Assembly (NCBI GenBank): GCA_949743265.1
Contig: CATJSX010000123.1
Coordinates: 1 to 13,020 of the forward strand
Source: an uncultured Peptococcaceae bacterium
Lineage (GTDB): Bacteria > Bacillota > Peptococcia > Peptococcales > Peptococcaceae
Direction: 5' to 3'
DNA length: 13,020 nt
Made by a program: the position numbers and the translations under genes
Notes under the pieces: model-generated
Told to the model about the DNA's origin: nothing
The model's input: the letters and a program-made list of their open reading frames with translations, nothing else
The model's database searches: none
Part shown: positions 1-6,845 of the stretch, piece by piece
Layout of the letters: each line of letters begins with the position of its first letter
Position numbering within the stretch: position 1 is the first letter of the stretch

Positions 1-1
1 C

Positions 2-769
2 TTATTAAAGCCAACATCGAAAAGTGAAGCAGGTTACCGGCTTTATGACGATAAAGCCCTAGAAAGGTTGCAACAGATTTTATTTTTTCGGGAATTTGAT
101 ATTCCGTTAAAGGAAATCAAATGGTTGATGGACGATCCCGACCTTGATCAACAGCAGATTTTGCAAACACAGCGAAAAATGTTTATCACCAAAAAAGAAC
201 GTTTGGAACGACTAACCACCATGATTGACAACATTCTGAAAGGAGAAAACAAAATGGACTTTGCCGTATTTACTAAAACAGAAATTGAAGCGCTTTGCCA
301 AACGACATTGGCACATATGTCGCAAGAAATGCGTCAGAATATCGAACGAGAATTTGGCAGCATTAACCAGTGGAGCAACCATTATCTGGAGCGTTGTCTT
401 AAAGAAGATGTACAAAGAGGGTATCAAAAAATGGTGGAATGGTACGGAGATAAAGAGACGCTGCTGAACTCTCCCGTTTATACAGCCAACGAAGCCATCG
501 GTACAGCGTTTGCCAATCGTATTAGCGATCTTGAAAAACGATTAAGCGCTAAAAAAATGCTGCCTGTCGATTCATTGGAAATTAAAAAATTGATTGGCGA
601 ATACGGTTTCGTCATCAAACAATTTTTTCAAGTTGATTGTGAAACAGAATTGATGACATCTGTGGCCGCCGCTTACCGAAATAAACAACAAATCATTGAC
701 CAGAAATATGGTGCGGGAAGTGCTGCATTTTTTGTTCAGGCTATCGAAACATTTTACAAGGCTAACTAA
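2..769 (+). CDS. MerR-family transcriptional regulator, 5'-truncated by the window edge. The window holds only the C-terminal effector domain (possibly TipAS-like); the HTH lies upstream.
   Basis: The reading frame is open from nt 2 with no start codon before the TTG at 68. The upstream in-frame peptide ...SEAGYRLYDDKALERLQQILFFREFDIPLKEIK matches the MerR dimerisation/linker motif (YRLYdd..l.rLqqIlffR.lgfsLkeI). Stop codon at 767-769. Confidence 0.7.
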   Translation, partial: LLKPTSKSEAGYRLYDDKALERLQQILFFREFDIPLKEIKWLMDDPDLDQQQILQTQRKMFITKKERLERLTTMIDNILKGENKMDFAVFTKTEIEALCQTTLAHMSQEMRQNIEREFGSINQWSNHYLERCLKEDVQRGYQKMVEWYGDKETLLNSPVYTANEAIGTAFANRISDLEKRLSAKKMLPVDSLEIKKLIGEYGFVIKQFFQVDCETELMTSVAAAYRNKQQIIDQKYGAGSAAFFVQAIETFYKAN

Positions 770-790
770 TTTAATTCTTTCTAAGACGTC

Positions 791-837
791 AAAAAGCGTA
801 TCAGTTACTGCCAAAACTGATACGCTTTTATTTTTAT
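791..837. terminator. Bidirectional intrinsic terminator between the convergent MerR-like and MFS genes
   Basis: Perfect 12-bp stem AGCGTATCAGTT (795-806) / AACTGATACGCT (815-826) with an 8-nt loop. An A5 run lies 5' and TTTTATTTTTAT lies 3'. Confidence 0.7.
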
Positions 838-2273
838 AATTCTGCTTTAGCTGATTGACGACGAGCTAACGCCGCTTCATCATCATGTACTTTAAAGAAG
901 GCGATTACTAACGCAATTAGTGCCAAAATAGTGCTGAACATAAACGCAGCGTGCATTCCTTCAACGGTGGCGTGGACTTCGCCCATTGTCATAGTAGCAG
1001 TCATGACAATAGTCATGATGGTGATCATGATTGCCGTTCCGATAGAGCCTGCCATTTGTCTGGCTGTATTATTAACAGCATTGCCATGGGCGACATAACG
1101 ATTATCCAGTGCGTTAATTCCCCATGTATTGATGGGCATATTGACCATAGACATGCCAAAAGAGCGAATACAAAAAATAGAGCACAAATAAAGTGCTGTA
1201 GAATTTTCTGTAAAGAAACAAAAACTAAAAGTGGTCACTGTCATGATGCTTAGACCAACCAGCGACATTTTGCGAGGCCCAAACCTATCGAACATCATAC
1301 CGCTAATAGGACTCATAATTCCCATAACAACAGCTCCCGGCATCATTATCAAGCCTGATTTTAAAGCGCTATAGCCCAATACGTTTTGTAAATAAATGGG
1401 AAAAATAACGGTGCCAGCGATCAAACCAGCGTTGATTACCATCGTTAAAATCGTAGCATAAGCAAAAATGGGCGTTTTCAAAACTCTTAATTCCAATAAG
1501 GGTTCTTCTAATACTAACTGTCGCTTAACATAAACTACTAGTGCAACTGCGCCAATGATTAGCGGCACGATAGTTGTCATGCTTCCCCAGCCATAGCTGC
1601 CGGCAGCGCTAAAACCGTATAATAACCCACCAAAAGCGAAGGTAGAAAGAATAACGGATATCCAATCTAATTTCGGATGGCGCACTTCGCCGACATTGCG
1701 TAAAAAGAAAAAAGCAAATAAAATATCTAAAGCCGCTAATGGCACAATGAGTCTAAAAATATAATGCCAACCCCATGCGTCAACAATCCAGCCGGAAAGC
1801 GTTGGACCGATAGCCGGAGCAAAAGATACGACGATTCCAACCAAACCCATTGCAATGCCGCGTTTTTCTTTAGGAAACAATAACATCATCACCACAGAGC
1901 CCAGCGGCATCTGAATACCAGCGCCTATGGCTTGAAAAATTCGAGCGGCTAACAAAATCGAAAAACTAGGTGCAAAAGCTGCCAGCGCTGTTCCTATGGT
2001 GAATATGCTCATGGAAAACATAAATAAAAAGCGCGTTGTAAAACGATCCACTAAATATGCCGTTACTGGCACCATAATGCCATTGACCAACATAAACGCT
2101 GTAGTTAACCATTGACCTTCGCTGGCATTAATATTGAATTGGCGCATAATGCTGGGTAAAGCTGGCGATAATACCGTTTGGTTGAGAATCGTCACAAAGC
2201 CGCCAGAAATAATGATTGCTACGATAAATAAATCTCGCCTAGAAATAAACGATTTATCATTGCTCATCAGCAT
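834..2273 (-). CDS. MFS transporter, DHA2 (EmrB/QacA-like, 14-TMS) drug:H+ antiporter family
   Basis: 479 aa, highly hydrophobic. The N-terminal motif LNQTVLSPALPSIMRQFNINASEGQWLTTAFMLVNGIMVPVTAYLVDRF is typical of DHA2. It overlaps the upstream marR by 17 nt, consistent with one operon. Confidence 0.88.
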   Translation of the reverse strand: MLMSNDKSFISRRDLFIVAIIISGGFVTILNQTVLSPALPSIMRQFNINASEGQWLTTAFMLVNGIMVPVTAYLVDRFTTRFLFMFSMSIFTIGTALAAFAPSFSILLAARIFQAIGAGIQMPLGSVVMMLLFPKEKRGIAMGLVGIVVSFAPAIGPTLSGWIVDAWGWHYIFRLIVPLAALDILFAFFFLRNVGEVRHPKLDWISVILSTFAFGGLLYGFSAAGSYGWGSMTTIVPLIIGAVALVVYVKRQLVLEEPLLELRVLKTPIFAYATILTMVINAGLIAGTVIFPIYLQNVLGYSALKSGLIMMPGAVVMGIMSPISGMMFDRFGPRKMSLVGLSIMTVTTFSFCFFTENSTALYLCSIFCIRSFGMSMVNMPINTWGINALDNRYVAHGNAVNNTARQMAGSIGTAIMITIMTIVMTATMTMGEVHATVEGMHAAFMFSTILALIALVIAFFKVHDDEAALARRQSAKAEL

Positions 2274-2754
2274 AACCTCCTTGATTATGTGGGCGTTTTA
2301 AAAGAAAATCGTGCAGACAAAAATTTTTTTCGTCGTTATTTTTGGCAATGTTATCAATCATGCGTGTCAAGAGTTTTTCTAAAGACTGTAAATCTTCTTC
2401 GCTAAAATCGCTGAAACAACAATTATCAAATTCATTGAGCAATTGACGACAGTTTTGTACTGCTTGTGTGCCTTCTTCGGTAATAAATAATTGATTGCAA
2501 CGCAAATTATGGGTGTCGACCTGCTTTTTCAAAAAGCCCGCTTTTTGCAGCCGTTTGGTGGAAGCTGCTACAGAAGCCGCTGAAATATGCAGATGCTCGG
2601 CAATATCATTTTGCATACATCCCGGATAAGCAACAATATATTCTAGGATTGGCAACTGTCCTTGATATAAGCCGGTCGCGGATGTCTGGCGCTGGATAAA
2701 AATTCCCCGCAGCGCCCAAAAAGTATTCATTTTTTTTAATAATGATTGTTGCAA
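2257..2754 (-). CDS. MarR-family transcriptional regulator, first gene of the marR-MFS operon
   Basis: 165 aa with a winged-HTH core (ILEYIVAYPGCMQNDIAEHLHISAASVAASTKRLQKAGFLKKQVDTHNLRCNQLFITEEG). Start is a TTG at 2754 with a GAGAGGA Shine-Dalgarno about 10 nt upstream. An alternative ATG lies 8 codons in, so the start is uncertain. Confidence 0.8.
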   Translation of the reverse strand: MQQSLLKKMNTFWALRGIFIQRQTSATGLYQGQLPILEYIVAYPGCMQNDIAEHLHISAASVAASTKRLQKAGFLKKQVDTHNLRCNQLFITEEGTQAVQNCRQLLNEFDNCCFSDFSEEDLQSLEKLLTRMIDNIAKNNDEKNFCLHDFLLKRPHNQGGYADEQ

Positions 2755-2789
2755 CGTGCATGTGTCCTCTCTTTATATTTAAACAGCTA

Positions 2790-2809
2790 ATAGTTAATTG
2801 ATTAAATAT
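2790..2809. promoter_or_regulatory. Imperfect 20-bp palindrome ATAgTTAATtgATTAAaTAT, candidate MarR operator overlapping the predicted transcription start of the marR-MFS operon
   Basis: 16 of 20 positions are self-complementary. It sits immediately downstream of the candidate -10 (CACAAT, 2810-2815 on the - strand), which is spaced 17 nt from a perfect TTGACA -35 (2833-2838 on the - strand). Confidence 0.4.
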
Positions 2810-2846
2810 ATTGTGACAGAATACACAAGATTTGTCAAGAGAATAA

Positions 2847-2864
2847 TTGATAAACGCTTATCAA
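2847..2864. promoter_or_regulatory. Perfect inverted repeat TTGATAA-ACGC-TTATCAA, a candidate regulator binding site
   Basis: Exact 7-4-7 palindrome read directly from the sequence. It lies 9 bp upstream of the predicted -35 of the marR-MFS promoter. Confidence 0.45.
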
Positions 2865-3035
2865 CAGAGGGATTGCTGCTAGCGGAGAGAGTATCATTAT
2901 TTTGGGCTGTTGTTATTTACTATATGCTTTGTTTGACAAATTTTTTTGCCTATTGAAGATTGGAGTTCTTTTCAAAAATAAAAAGCGGTTTCATCATATG
3001 ATGCGGTGTTTTGCTTTTTATTTGGTCATTTAACC

Positions 3036-3100
3036 AAAACCGTCACGCTCAAGAACGCAAAATATTTCTTGAGTGTGATGGTTTTTTAGTTGTTTTTTAT
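3036..3100. terminator. Bidirectional intrinsic terminator that ends the - strand ABC operon
   Basis: 20-nt stem AAAACCGTCACGCTCAAGAA (3036-3055) pairs with TTCTTGAGTGTGATGGTTTT (3066-3085) with two G-U wobbles. GGTTTTTTAGTTGTTTTTTATTTTATTT lies on the + side and an A-rich run followed by U-rich sequence on the - side. Confidence 0.65.
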
Positions 3101-3105
3101 TTTAT

Positions 3106-4902
3106 TTAGCCTGAAAATTGACTTTGATATAGTTGGTGATAAAATCCTTTTTGTGCCAAAAGACTTTGATGAGTGCCTGATTCAACAATACGACCATCGT
3201 TGACAACTAGTATTTGATCAGCGGTTTTAATGGTGCTGAGACGATGAGCGATAACAAAGCTGGTGCGTCCTTTCATTAGGCGTAACAGTGATTCTTGGAT
3301 CAACATTTCGGTGCGCGTATCGATAGAAGACGTAGCTTCGTCCAGAATTAAGAGTGCTGGATCAGCAAGAATCGCTCTGGCAATAGCAATTAGCTGGCGC
3401 TGTCCTTGCGAAAGATTTTGTCCGCCTTCAGTTAGTAGCGTGTGATAGCCTTGCTCTAACTGCATGATAAAATTATGGGCATTAGCCAGTTTAGCCGCTT
3501 CAATGACTTCTGCTTCCGTAGCGTTTAAACGTCCATAGCGAATATTATCCATAATAGATTCGCTGAAGAGAAAAGTATCTTGTAGTACGATACCAATAGC
3601 GCTGCGCAAACTTCGGCGAGTAATTTGGTCAATGTCTTGCCCATCAATGAGCAGTTCGCCGCCATTTTTGCGGTAAAAGCCGGTTAATAAACTAATGATA
3701 GTAGTTTTACCAGCACCAGTAGGACCAACGATAGCTACTGTTTGACCGGCTTTAACTGAAAAAGAGGCTTCTTTCAAGATCAATTGGTTTGGCGTATAGC
3801 CAAAATTTACTGAACGAGCCATAATATCGCCGCGGATAAAGGATAATTCTTGCGCTTGCTGCCAGTCTTTTTCTGGCGGTTCATCAATGATTTCAAAAAT
3901 CCGTTCAGCGCCGGCTAATGCTGATTGAATCGTATTGAATAAATCTGCCAACGAATTAAGCGGGCGAGAAAAGTTGCGCATATACAATAAGAAAGTGAAT
4001 ACAACGCCGACTGTCAAATGCCCTTGCATGATGAAGTATGCGCCTAAAAGAGTAATCAAAACGTAGATCAAGTTGTTGATAAAGGACATAAACGGTCCCA
4101 TAGCTGAGAAAGTTTGTGCCAAGGCAAAATTGCGTTGCAGTTTATCATTGATAGCTGCAAATTCCTTGGCGACATGTTTTTGCTGATGAAAAAGTAAGAC
4201 GACTTTGCTGCCGGAAATCATTTCTTCTATGTAGCCGTTTAATTGTCCCAAACTGCGCTGATATTGACTGAAATAGCGTCTTGACAATTTGATAATGATT
4301 TTACTGACCAATAGCGTTAACGGAATCACCAACATGGCGAATGCTGTTAAGCGTGGACTTAATATAACCATAGCAATAAACATGCCGCCGACATTAATGA
4401 CGCCGCTAAAAAACTGAGTAATATTTTGCGATAAAGTGGTATTAACATTATCAACATCGTTGGTCAGACGACTCATCAAATCGCCGCTGTTGTGTGTGTC
4501 AAAAAAAGTAAGAGGCAAAGTGAGCAGACGGTTAAATAGTTGACTGCGCAGTTGTGCCGAAATATTTTGCGCCATGTCAATCATCAGGAACTGCTGCGCA
4601 TAATTGGCGATAGTACTCAATAGATACATGATTAACATAATAACGCAAATGATGGCTAGGCCAGTCAAATCACCTGTCATGATGTAGTGATCGACAGCTA
4701 CACCACTTAAGCGAGTTCCTACAATTGTAATGATGGTTGAAATCGTTACAGCAAAAAATACAACTAACAGTCTTTTCCAGCTGTCTTGTAAATAATTCAG
4801 CAGTCGCCTGAATGTGCCTTTGCTATCTTGCGGTTTAATAGGGGCTTTGAGCCGCGCATTATGTTTGCCTGACGGCGCATGGGGCGGTTTGGGTCCCATC
4901 AT
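3106..4902 (-). CDS. ABC exporter permease/ATPase subunit (type I exporter, LmrD/YheH-like) carrying the consensus nucleotide-binding site
   Basis: Walker A GPTGAGKTT, signature LSQGQRQ (non-canonical), Walker B LILDEATS with catalytic Glu, H-loop VIAHRLST. The start is revised to the ATG at 4902. Evidence for the revised start: an AGGAGAGGAGG RBS 7 nt upstream and an ATGA overlap with the upstream gene's stop. The ORF-track start at 4956 is probably 18 codons too long. Confidence 0.88.
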   Translation of the reverse strand: MMGPKPPHAPSGKHNARLKAPIKPQDSKGTFRRLLNYLQDSWKRLLVVFFAVTISTIITIVGTRLSGVAVDHYIMTGDLTGLAIICVIMLIMYLLSTIANYAQQFLMIDMAQNISAQLRSQLFNRLLTLPLTFFDTHNSGDLMSRLTNDVDNVNTTLSQNITQFFSGVINVGGMFIAMVILSPRLTAFAMLVIPLTLLVSKIIIKLSRRYFSQYQRSLGQLNGYIEEMISGSKVVLLFHQQKHVAKEFAAINDKLQRNFALAQTFSAMGPFMSFINNLIYVLITLLGAYFIMQGHLTVGVVFTFLLYMRNFSRPLNSLADLFNTIQSALAGAERIFEIIDEPPEKDWQQAQELSFIRGDIMARSVNFGYTPNQLILKEASFSVKAGQTVAIVGPTGAGKTTIISLLTGFYRKNGGELLIDGQDIDQITRRSLRSAIGIVLQDTFLFSESIMDNIRYGRLNATEAEVIEAAKLANAHNFIMQLEQGYHTLLTEGGQNLSQGQRQLIAIARAILADPALLILDEATSSIDTRTEMLIQESLLRLMKGRTSFVIAHRLSTIKTADQILVVNDGRIVESGTHQSLLAQKGFYHQLYQSQFSG

Positions 4903-6614
4903 GATAACGCCTCCTCTCCTAGCTGCGAAGCACAAATAGTACGGTAAAGCGGGCAATGGGTTAATAATACTTCATGACGTCCTTGAGCCACTAAGCGGCC
5001 TTTCTCTAAAACCAAGATTAAATCAGCGTCTTTGATACTGTTAATGCGTTGAGCAATGATTATGGTAGTGGTTCCATGCTGGTTAGTCTTTAATCGTTTG
5101 TATAAAGCGGCTTCCGTTGCGAAGTCCAATGCGCTGGAAGCATCGTCAAGAATGAGGATTTTTGGCATTTTCAGCAATGTGCGTGCAATAGTTAAACGCT
5201 GTTTTTGACCGCCGGAGAAATTACTGCCTCGTTGTTCAACCAAATGACTCAATCCTTCCGTCGTCGCATATTCAGCGAAAGACGAAGCGATGAGCGCTTT
5301 TTTAAGCAGTTCATCATCGGCTTCTTGATTGCCAAAACGAAGATTATCGGCAACTGTGCCAGAAAAAAGAATATTCTCCTGTAAAACAACACCTACTAAT
5401 TCTGATAGTTTTTGCTGACTGAGTTGTTTAATATCTACGCCACCCAGCAAAATTTTACCATCGTCAACATCATATAAGCGAGCGCATAGTGCCGCCAACG
5501 TACTTTTGCCGCTGCCAGTAGGACCGATGACACCGACGCGCAAACCTTCTTTGAGCGTAAAAGAAATATCTTCCAATACCCATGCGCCGTGTTCATGGTA
5601 CTTAAAATAGACATGTTCAAATTGTAAGTCATAACCCTGCGGCTGCGTTGCTATAACGTTTTCAGCAAGGGCAGTTTTTACCGCCAAAACGTCATTGATA
5701 CGGTCAAGTGAAGCCTTGGCACGAGAAATCGACGTCATAATCATCATTGACATCATCAATGAGTGCATTACTTGCAAAATATAGGTGATAAATGCCATAA
5801 TTTTGCCGACTTCCAATAGTTGATACTGTACCAAAATGCCACCGAACCACAAAATAGCAATAATCGAAAGATTGATGATCAATGTCACTAACGGCGACAA
5901 AATAATCATTATGCGCTGAGCCTTGATACTCCACTGTCGTAAATCATCATTACATTGGGCAAATTTCTGTCTTTGACGATTTTCGGTTACAAATGCTTTG
6001 ATCATGCGAATGCCCAACAATGTTTCGCGAGAAACATTATTTAGGTTATCCAATTTTTCCTGCATGCCTTTGAAAATGCCGTTAGCACGCGTCAGCACTA
6101 CCAGCGCCAGTACAAAAACGAGCGGTATGGTTATTCCAAAAACAACTGATAATTGCGGGCTTAAACGATAGGCCATAAAAAGACCGCCAATACACAATAA
6201 CGGCGCTCTGACCAAAATTCGCTGACTGCTTAATAAAAGACTCTGTACTTGCGAAACGTCGTTCGTTAATCTTGTAATTAACGTCGAAGGCTGAAAATAA
6301 TCAATTTCCCGAAAAGAAAAGGTCTGAATATGGTCGAATAATCGCTGGCGCAATCGTCCTCCAGCAGCAGCTGTTGATTTTGCCGAAAAGAATAGACAGC
6401 CAAAGCCACCGATCAAGCCTAATATCGCCATGAATACCATTTGACCGCCTACTCGCAAAATATAAGCAGGATCATTGTTTCTGACGCCTATATCAATAAT
6501 ATCAGCCATTAGCGTTGGTTGATACAAATCGCAATAAACTTCCAAAATCATCAATAACGGTGCTAAAACAAAGAAAATTAAACTGCCTCGCATGGTTTGC
6601 CACAATGTTTTCAT
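4899..6614 (-). CDS. ABC exporter permease/ATPase subunit (LmrC/YheI-like) carrying the degenerate nucleotide-binding site
   Basis: Walker A GPTGSGKST, signature FSGGQKQR, Walker B ILILDDASS (Asp replaces the catalytic Glu), H-loop IIIAQRINS (Gln replaces His). RBS AAAGGAGAAG upstream of the ATG at 6614. Stop overlaps the next gene's start (ATGA). Confidence 0.88.
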   Translation of the reverse strand: MKTLWQTMRGSLIFFVLAPLLMILEVYCDLYQPTLMADIIDIGVRNNDPAYILRVGGQMVFMAILGLIGGFGCLFFSAKSTAAAGGRLRQRLFDHIQTFSFREIDYFQPSTLITRLTNDVSQVQSLLLSSQRILVRAPLLCIGGLFMAYRLSPQLSVVFGITIPLVFVLALVVLTRANGIFKGMQEKLDNLNNVSRETLLGIRMIKAFVTENRQRQKFAQCNDDLRQWSIKAQRIMIILSPLVTLIINLSIIAILWFGGILVQYQLLEVGKIMAFITYILQVMHSLMMSMMIMTSISRAKASLDRINDVLAVKTALAENVIATQPQGYDLQFEHVYFKYHEHGAWVLEDISFTLKEGLRVGVIGPTGSGKSTLAALCARLYDVDDGKILLGGVDIKQLSQQKLSELVGVVLQENILFSGTVADNLRFGNQEADDELLKKALIASSFAEYATTEGLSHLVEQRGSNFSGGQKQRLTIARTLLKMPKILILDDASSALDFATEAALYKRLKTNQHGTTTIIIAQRINSIKDADLILVLEKGRLVAQGRHEVLLTHCPLYRTICASQLGEEALS

Positions 6615-6746
6615 CAGGGCTTCTCCTTTCTCAAAAGAGGTTTTGTAATGACTGCTTAACTAACCGTTAACGCGGAAAAATTAGTTGGCTTTCTAATAGA
6701 GTAATGAATTTATCGGCAGAATATGATGCTAGAGTTTACCGATTAA

Positions 6747-6790
6747 ATTATACAAAACAATAGAGCTGCTGAAAACATTTTTTTCAAACG
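6747..6790 (-). promoter_or_regulatory. Candidate sigma-70 promoter of the ABC exporter operon
   Basis: Perfect TATAAT on the - strand (+ strand 6747-6752) with a TTTTCA -35-like hexamer 17 nt upstream. It implies a 5' UTR of about 130 nt. Confidence 0.35.
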
Positions 6791-6794
6791 AGCG

Positions 6795-6832
6795 CAATAA
6801 AAAAGAGACAAAAGCAATTTGCTTTTGTCTCT
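6795..6832 (-). terminator. Intrinsic terminator of the AP-superfamily gene
   Basis: 12-bp perfect stem AGAGACAAAAGC (6804-6815) / GCTTTTGTCTCT (6821-6832) with a 5-nt loop, followed on the - strand by UUUUUUAU (complement of the 6797-6804 A run). Confidence 0.7.
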
Positions 6833-6845
6833 AAAATTTATCATC

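Noticed and set aside
212-814. Small ORFs (212-427 -, 261-467 +, 572-814 -) and the similar small ORFs 951-1253, 3263-3445, 5435-5632, 5704-5934, 7669-7896, 8118-8366, 9762-10034 and 12258-12479
   Set aside because: All are fully embedded in, or antisense to, long well-supported CDSs. They lack RBSs and are typical shadow ORFs.
2981-3020. Second terminator hairpin (CATCATATGATG) upstream of the main bidirectional terminator
   Set aside because: The palindrome forms at most a 4-bp stem with an AT-only loop, and the flanks do not extend the helix. It is too weak to call.
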